A stretch of 64,000 nucleotides of DNA from Phoronis australis (GCA_002633005.1 NMRA01000400.1:62001-126000), one strand, 5' to 3'. Numbered from the stretch's first letter, positions 39,483 to 52,340 are shown. Notes: generated by a model not told the origin, from the sequence alone. Made by a program: numbers and translations.

Positions 39483-39665
39483 CACAGGCGTCCTCAGCTT
39501 CTGATCGCCGACAATATACTTTATAATACTAATAGTGTATTGTGGATGATCAGAAGCTGAGAACGCCTGTGGCACAGGCGTCCTCAGCTTCTAATCGTCC
39601 CCAATACACTACAGTAGTATTATATGTAGTGTATTGGGGACGATCAGAAGCTGAGGACGCCTGTG
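39483..39665. repeat. Two tandem ~90-bp palindromic MITE-like units
   Basis: Units at 39483-39571 and 39573-39665, each CACAGGCGTCCTCAGCTTCT(G/A)ATCG...GATCAGAAGCTGAG(A/G)ACGCCTGTG. A half copy lies at ~40445-40485. Confidence 0.9.
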
Positions 39666-39869
39666 GCCTGTGGCGCCCCAATTACGAATTAGCCTTACAA
39701 AATATGATGTCAAACATGGACCAATATTACTTAACATGTGCAGCAATGTCTCAGTGTAAAACAATGTTTTCACATGCACTGTCATTCAAAACTGTCTTCT
39801 ATAGGACATCGAGTGGCAGCACGTTCTAACTACACTAACGTAAAGTAAAATATCTAACCACTGAAGAAA

Positions 39870-39990
39870 CTCCGGTTTCGTCAGCTGGGAGCCGCCATAT
39901 TGTTTTCATATTGAGGCTGTTGTGGCATTCAAATAACTGTTCTGATTGGCCGGTCACATATTTCTCGGAGACTCAGAGCCAATCAAATTA
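39870..39990. promoter_or_regulatory. Candidate bidirectional promoter between UQCC5/UQCC6 (-) and TDG (+)
   Basis: YY1-type GCCGCCATAT (~39891-39900) and two oppositely oriented CCAAT boxes (ATTGG 39945-49, CCAAT 39979-83) lie between divergent genes. Motif evidence only; no TSS data. Confidence 0.45.
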
Positions 39991-40887
39991 CATTATACAG
40001 GGAATTAATGTTTATCTGCACCGGAGAAATTTAAAGGGACAAAGGTGTTTTTAAGGTACTTCAAAGTAATAGGAATATTTTTCGTAATTCAGTTGATCGA
40101 TCGAGAATTTACTTCTTAAATATGTTAACGAGAATCTATCTGACTTAAATCGCTCCTGTTTGCTTGACAGTCTGCCTTGCTTAAGTCAAATTGCTGACTG
40201 CATTTTTCCCTTCGCCCAATGTGGCAATGACTAGCAAAGCTACATTGACATTCCCCCATACTGGCTGCAGAGGTCAGGTGAACGCAATGAACTGAGCTGC
40301 CGTGCGCTATTGGTTTGCTGCACAGGCGTCTGAATTTTTCATTGATAATCTGGTAATTCTTTATAAATATGTAAGGTATGTCACATTTGTCCTAAATTCG
40401 TGAGAGTCCCAACTCCAGCCATATGTTAATTGTCTAGTTGTGATCACAGACGTCCTCAACATCTGATCGTCCCCAATACACTATATAGAACTACAAGGTA
40501 TGACACTCCGGACTAGAAATTCCACGGGTGCTTCACTTCAGCCGTCCATAGTAAACATAAAACTCAATAAATTTACACAAAACTGAGGTTCAACAAACAA
40601 TGAAGAATTGTTCTTTCTCCCAATACCATTAACGGTGCCCTGCTCCACCGAGTTTGCAAGAAATTCGCGGTCAAAGCACAAAAATCTTCCCAAAAAGCCC
40701 ATCTGGAGCAACTCCTTGGTCCCACATGCAGGGTACGGAATTATCTGTTGAGTTACGGATGTACGGCAATTGCCGATTCACGGCATCGATAACTCTGCAA
40801 CTGTACCCATGCTTGTCGGTCTTTTCAGTTTCCCGGGTGCATATTGGTGTGACAACTTTGAGGATTGTATTGGAAGACTTCACAGCA

Positions 40888-43800
40888 ATGGAAGCCAATG
40901 GTCTCAACTTGTAAGTACTCGCACTATATATATAACAGTAAGAAACATTCTACACTGTTCATCTCTCTCGCAGAGCATGTGTCTTTGGAGTCACCCAATA
41001 TCTGATTCTGGGATGCAAGACGGGCGGAATTGATAGCTTTTTGCGATTTCTTTCAGTCACAGACTTTGGAGAAGTTGGATATTTTTGTGTGTGTATAATT
41101 GACAACATGATAGTTGGAAATACCCCACTGCAATATATCCACTCAAGAATTCTAATGCTGGCCAACAACTACACTGTCACCACCTGGTATCTAGACATAT
41201 TTCATAGTGTTCTCCTCAGAAAGTTCAACATGTTTGGATGTCTGTGTCTATACTAAGGGGCATTTTTAGTTTTATGTTTTTAGTTTTGGAATGAATTATT
41301 GTTCTGGTGCCAAAAGTGTAAAATTTCCTAATTTGGTTAAGGAAAGAAATAATTGCATAGGTTTTCAAACTTTACTCAAGCAAGCCAAATGTGTCATGTT
41401 GAAATTAAGACTCGTTACTGCGATAAGTCAAAACAGTTGTCTACAACATTGTTTGATAATGTCACTGCTGTATTATCAGTTAGGAGAATAGCTGTCACAA
41501 AATCTCTGGTCACACAGGAGAAGGGCACTTTGTCTTGAAAGACTTTCAAAATTTTATTCACCATTTTAGTAACCTAAATTTTCTAATTTGTATATGTATG
41601 TATTAGTAAAACAACAATTGTGGATCAACTGAAATTTTCGGATATAATCACATCCTTTGTCAGGAGAAACAAAAATAAAGTAAAAATCTAACTCAGTACA
41701 TGAAAACTAGGCATTTTAAAGCGAAATCCTTATAGCGTAATGTTTTTTTTTATACAAACAAAGGTGTTCCTGATTTTCATGTTCTTTTTATCAATTCATT
41801 TTCTTAATTTATTTCAGCCCAGTGAAACAAGAGCAAGCAGCTTGCAATATCGGTTTTCCTCAGCCTCAGGTGCAAAACGATGTCGTGCCATCTTTTACCG
41901 TCAACCCTCCTTGGACCCAAAATGCAGCATATCAAGATGGTGGAGCTCTGATGCATGACCCCCTGGGTGGTGGTGCCCCTTTCCACCAGGTGTCCATGGG
42001 CAACAGTGGTGGGAAAAAACCCAGGAAGCGACCTGTCAAGGAAGAAATGAAGACAGAGTTCGAACCTGGGTATGTTGGTGATGGTGGAAAATGTATATCA
42101 TGTTTAATAGCTGAAGCTAGTGCTCATGAGAGCATTTTGAGAACCAGTTTGATGTCCATTGCTCAGTGAAGATGACTGGTTCTGGAAATGCAGAATCCCT
42201 ATAATTCACTCTTTCCCTCATCAGTAATTCAGGTAATGAAACTTAAAAGGATACAGACCCTGCTTTCATATATTTAATAGAATGGTGAACAATGACTTTA
42301 ATGTCCAATCATCTTGAACATAATGCTCTGTAACCCTGCTTAACCCTCAAAAGTTTGGGTCAAATGTGAAAGGTTGTTGAACAGGCAAGCGTGACCTACA
42401 CTTGAGGTGAATTACCGTGCAGAAAGACCACCCATCAAGAACCATAATATTCATTCTGTGACGCAGTCATTAAGTGTGTTAGTTGAATACTGTTTTTATT
42501 ACTAAACTGAGACACCAACTATGCATTAGCAGGGGAAAGAACAAGGATTGGTTGAAATCACCAAAACATGGTGTTGTATCCCTTAAGTAACTTTAGTAAT
42601 AATTTTCGTGTGTAGACAGTCTCTAAAATCTGGGAGACCGAAATTCAAGCAGAAGTAGATTTTTTAATCAATTCTGAAAATTGGGACGTAGGTGATTTTG
42701 GCTGTCATCAAAGTTTTCAATTATCAGACATTGTATTTTGTATCAACAGAGTCTGAAAATAGACTTAGCAGGTGATAAATTTATTTAAAATGGCAACGTT
42801 TTCATGCATCCACATACCACTCGGAGGTGGTGGCGTGTTAGAACTATTTACATTGTCACTTTCTGCCATGTAAGTAGACCAAGAGATTTTAATAATAGTT
42901 CTCATAGTTTGTAACATCAAGATGAATGATCGTTTGTTGTTGATTGTAACTCATGCATTTGGGACGAACAATATTGCTAGCTTAAAAATTTGGTACAATC
43001 CTCGACCTTAACAAACTAAGTGATATTTCACTGTAAAATAGTTCCAAATTTTTACTGCACAGTCAATAACTAGTATTTAAAATAGTATGACCAGTACATT
43101 CAAATGCATATTGTCAACTCAAAGTTTTTTATGGAACTACGTTACAGTTTATCTTTTGTGTGCCTTGTCACAACAAGGTAATTATAAGAATGATTTAAAA
43201 GGTAATAGAGACACTAAGCAGGAACTGATTAAGCATTTCTTTTATACTAGAACCTGATTCAATTCTGGCTAAACCTAGACAAAATCTTGACAGATGTTGC
43301 TTCATGCATTTTGTTGAAATCAATGCAAGTTACCTTGCACTTCACAAATGAAAATTATTGGCTCATACGCAGTTGCATTTCAGTAAACTCTGACACAACT
43401 TTGGCCAAAAAATGCTGCCGAGAAGTTCATTCAAGTTTGCCAATTAAAGATGAACAGAGTTGTGCTAAAGACTGAAGAACCCAAGAATGTTCTCTTGCAT
43501 TACAGTGTGTCGTATCCAAATGGTGTGTTGTCAGGGACCAACATGGCCATCAAGCAAGAGAAGATCACAGATCACGTTAAGGTGAAAAAGAAGCGAGACC
43601 GCTTCAAGGGGATGTCAGAGGAAGAAGTCCTGAAGAGGGTGCTGCCTGATCACTTGACCCATGACCTCGATATTATCATAGTCAGTAAATGTTCTTATTT
43701 GTATTGGCGGCGTATATAACCTCTAAGTGTTTGCGTCATAGAATTTTTTTAAGTCTGTTATTATGGACATCTTACAATAGCCTGCTCTGGCGATTTGTAA

Positions 43801-46800
43801 GAATCTTGTCGGTTACTTTGCATCCTACCACTGTGCAAAGTGTCAATGAGCAAAATGTAGATTTTAAAGGTAGATTTTATCATTTGAAGTGCCAGTATTT
43901 AGGTTCAGGAGAACCAATAGTTCAGTGCATAGCAGGGCATAGTATGGTGATATTCTAATTAAAATTGTCTTTGTAGGAATAACTGTTGAGATTCCTGGAA
44001 CAAAAGAATCAATTTGCCTTGAAGTCTTATGGTGGCAAGTGCTCAGAATTATTCCCAATGTTTGGTTACTGCAGCTTCATAATATTCCAATGCAATAAAA
44101 CTCTCAGGATTTTTGCTGAGAAATTTGACAGAACAGTAGATGTCACTCCATTTGTGTTGCATCAGCAGTGACCCTGGTGTTGGTTTATTGAACTAGTTGG
44201 TGACCCTCAATGTTCAATCTGTGTCCTCATAGTCCCGAGGTACAAACATTCCACCCATTAACACCCATACTGTGTATTTGAGCTTGTCACTTTAATCTTC
44301 CGTAACATTTAGCTGGAGGCTTCAAAAAATTTACATTACACTTTTTTAATCAAGTTTTTTAATCAAACTGTGGCATCTCTCCACAGGTTGGAATCAACCC
44401 TGGCTTGACTGCTGCGTTTGTCGGCCATCACTATGCTGGCCCTGGCAACCATTTCTGTAAGTGGCTTATGTAGAGAACTACAAGGTTTTTATAATCTTTT
44501 GCTAACATCAACTTCCTGAATGTAAATGGATGTAAACCTTTTAAACTGAAGTATGGTGGTTCACTATCTGCATTCGTTAGATGATCTTATTTTGTTTCGT
44601 GCTATATTTAATAATAAGTTTCTTTTTCAAAATCCATCTTATCTGTATGTGCTTGTGTGGTGTGGGACATTATGAAAGTCAGGTGTGTTTGTTTGATATG
44701 TGCAATATTAATGATTATACATGTGACTATGTCTGACAAGAAATCCTACTATCATTGTAGTTGAATTTCTTGCCGCAAAAAGTCACTCAGCTTTTAAATA
44801 AAAATAAAAGTGAAGATGTTAAACATGTATGTGTAAATACAGTTGTGTCTTTTTTCAGGGAAGTGTCTCTTCCTGTCTGGTCTCATCCCAGAACAGATGA
44901 ATGCTTATCAAGACTATAAACTGCTAGAACATGGTATTGGATTCACCAACATCGTGGAGCGGACTACTCGAGGTAGTGCTGACCTCACTAGGTAAGAGTT
45001 AACAATAAACTCATTTTTTCTGACTGGCAGATATCACCGGGTCATCCGCTGTCCTTGTGCACATTGTAATTGGCCAAAAACTCATATTTGGTTCTGGTCT
45101 GCTTCCTCATTCATTTTGAAACCTGTGCCTCAGCGCTTAAAATATAAAAATAAGCACCCACCTGTATTGTTTTGGAAGTTCTCAATCGTTTTTACTCACA
45201 AGTCACATATTAAGCATGTACTTTCTGGTTTTTAAATGAATCAACTCGTCAACTTGGCCACAGTCACTCGCTTATTTGTCTTAATCAATTGAATATAACA
45301 TATTTTCAATGAATAGATTGTATTAATTGATTGAAGACATGTCATAATCACTGCAGCCTTTCGGCATCAATAGATCAGAAACAACTAAACGTATTTTTGA
45401 CCTTATCTGAAATCATCGCTCCACGTCATAAGGTCACAAAACTATTTAGTTTTAGAATCTGTGATTATAGTGACTAATCTAATCACCGTTTAAGTCATGT
45501 TAGTTTGATTAATTCCAGTAAGTTTCAGCCTGTGGTAATACCACCATATCTAAAAGAGAAACTCAAAGTAACTACGTCACCTTCTTAGGAAGTCCAGACA
45601 GTTTGTAGCATTTTGTTGAATGTGTTATGTTTTCCCAGGAAAGAGATTAAGGAGGGAGGGGAGATCCTGAAGAAGAAAATTCAAAAGTTCAAACCCAAAA
45701 TTGCAGTTTTCAATGGCAAAGGTAAGATTAGATGGTGGGGCATACTAAGATGCGATTTGAGTTCTTGTCATAACCACACTTGACCTTGGCTAAACAACTG
45801 AAGTCACATTGTTATAAGCACCTTTCAATCATAAAGGGATGCAGTATATGTCTTAAAATTCTTCCAACTCTAACAACTGTTTCCAGAATCAAGATTTTCT
45901 TTGATATGTCCCTTCGTTTGCGAACAGAATTAAGAATTGACCTCCATGGCTTCCAATAAAGTCAAGGTCAAACTTAAATGTACAGGGAGTTGTGGGGAGG
46001 TTGTCTGTCTGCTAGTCATACCAAGAAGATTTTTCTTTGATATGTCCCTTCGTTTGCGAACAGAATAGTCCTTTTGCGAGTTTATAACAATAACGCGAGA
46101 TTACGTGAGACTTAACTGTGACGTCACGGGAAGTGGGGCAAAAGCTTGGCGTTTGGCTCATTTGCCCAATACGTTAGCAGAGTGTATTCTGTTATTTTCT
46201 TCCACTTTTTGGCCGTTTAGTTCGAAAAATGACAAACAAGCATAGCTGCTTTGGCAGATGAAATTCAGATTCGCACTACAATACGTTCTATCGCGTTTTG
46301 TACTAATTTGGTTTCGTGTATTTTAAACGGGCGATAGGCGAAATCCGTTCACTGATTAAGTTTTCACCACGTCAAAAATACATTCTACATCTAAAATTTT
46401 CACCTAAAAAGGCGCTTACTTTCTCCAGTGGTACTCTCTGCTTCTAAACAGATCTTCGATGAAGCATAGCTACGGTAATTTAGGTGACTTTGGCGAAGAA
46501 TTCCAACTCCACATTGTCGTTACTGTTAACTTAAACCGCGCGCGCGATAACCACAAAGTAGTTCAACTGGTCAGGTGAGTATGAGGCAAAGGCTAGCGCG
46601 ATACTGAGTGAACCGCGAGACCTGGCGCGTGACACTTGCAAAATAACATGAGAACATATCAAGTGAATTTGTAAGATTTGTGTTCCTTGGACTTATTGTT
46701 CGTGATTTCACGTAACTTCCTCAAAATGGCGCCCTGTGAGAGAAACTTGAGCGAAACGCGAGGTTTTCATGGATAGATTCAAGTTATTTGTAGACTAAAT

Positions 46801-49139
46801 TGTATCCAGAGTCAGGGTATGTGTTAATTAATTATAACTCCATGTGCGCATATGCATATTTCATTTGATTTTATTTGCTGCATTTTGAAGTGAGTAACTT
46901 TTTATGGGGAGAAACTATCGCCCCTGTGTGCCTGCATTCAGGCCTAGACCGGGTTTCAGCCCGTTCACAGCTTCGCACAACATAACAAGTTCACATTTTC
47001 TTCGTCCATTCACAGTTATTCCACGATCCATCTACCATCTTTTAAGTTGTGTTAACGTTTTAAGCGTAAAATTCACCATAAGAACTCCAGTAAAATTTAG
47101 CATGTGTAGCAAAGACTCGGGGCCAAACAAGAGCAATATGGCGGGTTTTGCCCCTTTTCCGGTGACGTCACATCGACTAACGAGAAACTCGCAAGTGAGC
47201 TATTAAGAATTGACCTCCATGGCTTCCAATAAAGTCAAGGTCAAACTTAAATGTACAGGGAGTTGTGGGGAGGTTGTCTGTCTCCTAGTCATACCAAGAA
47301 GTGGCAGCAAACACTGGGTACCTGTCTAAAGTAAGGTAAACTCAACGTATGAAGTGTCAAGAAAACTTCAAAACAGCTGATAGGAGAATGAACACCTCTG
47401 CTAGGGTGTAATGACAAGAATATTTAATGGTTGGATTTTGACTGCAATGAGCATTATATTTGAAAATTTTGACTTTTATCATTGTCCGACCTATTTGTTG
47501 TCATTATGTAAGCACGACAATCAAAATTTCAGTCTGGGGGATCATAATTTGAGCACAGCGGGCAAAACTTATGCTTGGAAGGTCAAAATTTGAGTTCGAT
47601 AGCCTGTTACGATAGGGCACGCTTGTGGGAACTCAATGTAAATGTGATGACACGCAAGTAAGTTTGTGTTTCATACACTGTACTTGTCTGTATGCCTAAA
47701 GACAGATTTTGTGGGCAGTGCACCAGGCCCTGAATCCCCTCTTGGAGCATCCTAGATCTTCAAGCAGTGTACTTTCTATCTTTAAGTTACTTCTTTCCGT
47801 TGCATTTTCAATTGTTATCGTCTGCTGTATGAAAGTTAAGTTTGTCTGGCTTATCTATATGGTTCCAGGTATTTATGAAGTGTTCTGTGGACACAAGAAG
47901 TTCAGCTTTGGAAAACAGCCAGACCCTTTTCCAGATACAGACACAGTGAGTGTTGATGTTTGACCTATTTGCAAAACCTGTTATAGAATCTTAATTTGTT
48001 TTTGACAATTATTCTACTGTTAGGATCAGTTATTTTATTAAAGTTCGTTAATCGTAGCACAGAGAAAAAGTGTGATCTGAAAGATATTGGGCACGAATCC
48101 CTGAAGTTTTGAGATTGCATTCGTTAAACGGGTGTAATGGGAAAACTTCACTCCCTTTTGGTTTGCTCTGTAGGTGATCTATGTCATGCCCTCATCCAGC
48201 GCCAGGTGCACCCAACTTCCAAGAGCCATAGACAAAGTTCCCTTCTACAATGCACTGAGGAAACTACGCGATCACTTACGTGGGCGTCTGACTCAGCTCG
48301 ATGATTCAGAAATTGTGTTTCCTGACGTCTTCCTCAAGACTGCTGTTAAGGTCAAGCCAGAGGTCAAAGAGGGACCTGCAGACGTGTCTGGTGCCATTAC
48401 TAGTGAGCAAGAATCTCAACCAGTGAAGAAAAAAAGAGGTCGGAAACCTGGGTCAAAGGTTAAAACAGAGGCCACTGGTGGCGATTACAGCGAAAATGGC
48501 AGTTGTGGACGGCATAGGTTCACTCAGGGTCATGACCCATCTGAAATGTTTGGTTCTTTAAACCAAGGTGGGGCATGGCTGCAGCCAGTTCGCGATGTGG
48601 GGGACATGAATCCAAATTCAGCTCAGAATGTCGGCATTCCTTCTAGTCAACATTTAGAATTGTTTCAACCTCAATTTGACATTGCCAATTATTCTCAGGG
48701 TTATGGAGGAGATTTTACCTCCACTCACAACCAACAGGTGTCCTCAAGTGGCAGCATTCAGAATGAAAACGCACAAAACCTGCATTTGAACTACTCTTCT
48801 GCCTCTGCTATGACTCAGCAATATTGGCATGACAGTGTACAGAATGGATTTTACCCCCAGCATGCCTGTGGCCAGTCACAGACAGGTCAACCATGGCAAC
48901 TACCCTTAAGCCAGTCAGAGTCCACATCATTTAGTCAATCGCAGATGGCCTCGAGTTCTCAGCATGCAACAAGTTCTGAGATGAGTCAAAGTCGGCAAGG
49001 GTTTGCCCAATACCTGTCTCAGTTCAAGCATGAGAGTGGTGTTGGGTCTTCGCAATCGTTTGACTTAAGCCAGTCCAGTAGTGGCTATCAATCTGATATA
49101 GGGCAAAATTGTGGGGGCCAACACAATCAATTAACATGA
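40888..49139 (+). CDS. TDG: G/T mismatch-specific thymine DNA glycosylase (TDG/MUG family), ~592 aa, 8 coding exons
   Basis: Exons: 40888-40910, 41818-42069, 43506-43680, 44387-44456, 44859-44991, 45639-45721, 47869-47945, 48174-49139; phases are consistent (1779 nt). Catalytic motifs: [55 protein letters not shown]. The first exon (MEANGLN) is less certain. Confidence 0.95.
45891..46066. repeat. 135-bp tandem duplication; the second copy is split by the adjacent insertion and resumes at 47202-47301
   Basis: AAGATTTTCTTTGATATGTCCCTTCGTTTGCGAACAGAAT occurs at 45891 and 46026; TAAGAATTGACCTCC...CATACCAAGAAG occurs at 45931 and 47204. Confidence 0.9.
46067..47201. mobile_element. ~1.13-kb non-autonomous TIR element with AT target-site duplication (ISL2EU/Harbinger-like, tentative)
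   Basis: Left end AGTCCTTTTGCGAGTTT; reverse complement of the right end AGCTCACTTGCGAGTTT. Subterminal inverted GTGACGTCAC..GGAA..GGGGCAAAA at both ends. AT is duplicated relative to the empty site at 45925-45935. Confidence 0.8.
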
Positions 49140-51699
49140 CTCTAGTGTTCCTGTAGTGAACCTTAATTAATGGGCGGATAGAGTAATGAATTTTGTTACA
49201 CACCTTTGGCCAAAAAGTAGCGTAATTGGTTTAGGTCTGCTCCCTACTCATTTTGAAACCTGCACCTCAAAGCTGACAGGTGGTGCTCCCTACCTAATTC
49301 AGATGGCGTTGAGTGGTGGTGAGGGTAAGAAAAAAGAGTGAGGATTTTGTCACATTTTAGCAGGCAAGGTAGGATGCTGTCAAGAATTAGGAATCTGTGC
49401 CATCGATTTTCAAAAACAGTCAAGAACCAGTTATTTTGGCCTTGACTAAAAATTGCATTTCCATTTTGGAGACGATGCAGTGAATTACCTGATGAAGACT
49501 TCTTCTTAACTGTTGGTTCGCGGTATGTGGCTATGGTATTGTAACTATTAAGGGTTCTAATATGTTCCCAATAACCTGAAGAGTTGGTTTTTATGTCCAT
49601 TTTAGTCCTACACATTTTCATGTTGTGGGGTTAAGGTTATGCGTTGCTAAAATCAAACATGGATAAAAGACGCTTGTGAGGAGATACGGAATGGAACTAG
49701 AATATAATAGGTTCGTTTTCCTGTGTAGAACCAGGCAGCCATAAAATACTTGTATCACTCTAGACATTTTATTTACTATACAGAACAAAAAGAGCTTTCA
49801 ATTTTCAAACTGGAATGTATTTGCAACAAAATCAGCAAATACCAAGAATCAAAGAGCATTCTTATGAGCAAATAACAAAATAAACAAAATAACTTCACAA
49901 AAATTTTGTGTTTTCTCCAGCTTTTTACCATACAACATTCAGTTACGTTTGTAAACATTTTGACCATTTCCAGCAATGCAGTGGGCTTCAAATAAAGAAA
50001 TATCAATCTTGGCCATGGTTCGAAATACAAGAATGTTATCAATAGATATCTTACATAGTGACCTGCATGTCTCAGAGATGTGGGGTTTTAGGTACAGACA
50101 TCGGTGTAGAAGCAATAGGTGTGCTAACCTGCAGTAAGGACTGAGGAGTTAATTTTGAGATATGGCTATTATCTGATGTGAAATTTAGACAAGGCCAGTA
50201 GTTTCAGATGCTAGATTTCTGAATGCAAGTGCTGTACTTTGTTTAGAAGCATAGACACATTTTTACTTGCAGGCCGAAACATATCTTTCAAGTTTGTAAC
50301 TAACAAAGCAAAGGATCTGAAATAGTAACACAACTAACGAATGCGAAATAACTTATAAAATTGTATCATCAATGGCATTGCTTCCTTACAAATGTGCCAT
50401 TCTTTTTGCTAAACTGTTCTAAAAACGTGATCACATCGATGGGACATTCATAATGTCAAAAGTCAAATTATTCGTGTTTCTTCTTTGCAAAATACACACG
50501 TTTATTGAATCATCGTTTGATATTTGGCCGACTTATGCAATGGCCAAGGTATACTTTAATTAGTCCGCTGAGACTTTCGTTACTATGATTTGTTCCATGC
50601 CCTTTATGGTTATGTATCCGACGACCTACAGTGTGTGTAACACCAGATATTGTTATAGATTTTTACTCAAATCAATTCTGTTTGATTCGTGGTTATTTCT
50701 AGACACCGCTGCCTCAACAGTGTTTTGACGGAGTTTTTTCTTCAGCTTATAAAAGTTTTATTTCAGTATGGTACATGTACTTTAGTTGGGAATTTTAGAT
50801 CATGTTGTAGTTAAACATAGGATTGTTTTGAAATTAGGGCGTTTTATTTGTGTAGCTTGCAATACAGGTATTTGTTGTCGTTTTTCATAATGATCTTGAA
50901 TGTATTGGTGTCATCATTTACACTACGAGATGCCAAATCTTTTGTTGGCATATTTTTGCTGTTGGATGTTTAGGAAAAAGAATACATAAAGTCTTAACGT
51001 CACTTGTTGTCTCGTGTATTTTCTAATTACGTCGCTATTCACTAGCAAAGTTTAAATCAGTTGTAAAACCTGCCCGTTCTGTTAAAGTAAGTGTAATTTT
51101 TAATTTAGACGACTTGATAAACTGATTTCAACTTGTTACCAAATGAGAAGTGGTTTGGGTCTAGAAAAATGGCGGGTCATATACCCTTGGCGTAGGAAGC
51201 AGAGCGGAGGGCGAGCACCCCACTAATGAAGTCGGGGACAGCACCCCTTACCTTCCCACTAAACAGCGCCGCAATGAGAGACTGGAAACACGTGTCCCAC
51301 AAAAATTGTTTGCAGGCCTGACGGCGAAGTCTTCGTGCTATCTAGAACAGCAAAACAGGACGAAGAGAGAAACTGTGTCACCTACGGCAGCGTTGGATTT
51401 ATTCTTTGGGGACATTTTTGTTAGGGGACCCCAGTTTTAAAATTGGCTGTGTCGAAACGTGTTCATTCTTTGGGTCTTACTCCTCAACCTGCAGTGTCCC
51501 CATGAGGAGCGGATACCACAGGCGACAACCATGGAGGCAATGGTGGTGGCGGTAAGGCGGGGAATCTGTGTCGACAAGAGTGCAGGGGATGTAAAGCGGG
51601 TCTCCACTGGACGGAGATGAAACGGCGTAAACTGGTTATGACCTCGGGACGAAACTGTTTTACGGGGGACTATGAGACAATCTGGAGCGAGCTGGGTAC

Positions 51700-51762
51700 G
51701 GCCCGATGCCACGTGAAGCGCTTTGAATCAGAAGCAATTTCAAAATTATTATTATTACTACC
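51700..51762 (+). mobile_element. Possible L2/SINE-type 3' tail
   Basis: GTGAAGCGCTTTGA followed by an (ATT)n tail, after a GC-rich stretch at ~51430-51700. Resemblance only. Confidence 0.3.
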
Positions 51763-52146
51763 GTAACTTAGTTGTCATTGTAGTTAGTAGTACCAGTAGC
51801 TGCAACAATTTTGTTGTTGTTGTCCATTTATATCATATATTTAACGAATATGCTGGGGCTGGACCTTTTCAGCGATCGAACCCCCCGAACCCCTGGCTGT
51901 GACTATAAATAATAAAAGTAAAATTAATAATAAAAGTCAGAGAAAGGTGAAACATAAAGTAGAATCTTTATTTCATTCAAATGCAAACCAGTCACGATTT
52001 TCAAAAAGATTACACACGGTGATTTGATACCCCTCCCTCAATGCGGATGCTCGGGGTCGTCGCCACGATGACTGAGCACCATATACAACATCTATGAATA
52101 ATTAATTTGAACCTGTCTGATACCAGGACCTGCTGATACATTGTTC

Positions 52147-52340
52147 CCATCTGGCGTAGTTTGGACACTTCAGGGCAAAGAATATAGCTACTGACGCCAT
52201 TGGTTTTCATCGACGCATCTCTCGAGTTCTCTGTGGGCTCGGTTTATGAGAAAGGTGTAGGTTGCCCAAAACTGAACAGTTTTCCCAAATTTGCCATTAA
52301 TCCCTGTGTCAAATGAAGGAAGTTGGCTGGCATACATAAC
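52147..52340 (-). pseudogene. Frameshifted DNA-transposase fragment (Academ-like, tentative)
   Basis: Joining three frames gives GKTVQFWATYTFLINRAHRELERCV / KTNGVSSYI / FFALKCPNYARW. This resembles the FW..Y...R and FFA...NYAR blocks that I recall from large invertebrate transposases. Confidence 0.5.
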
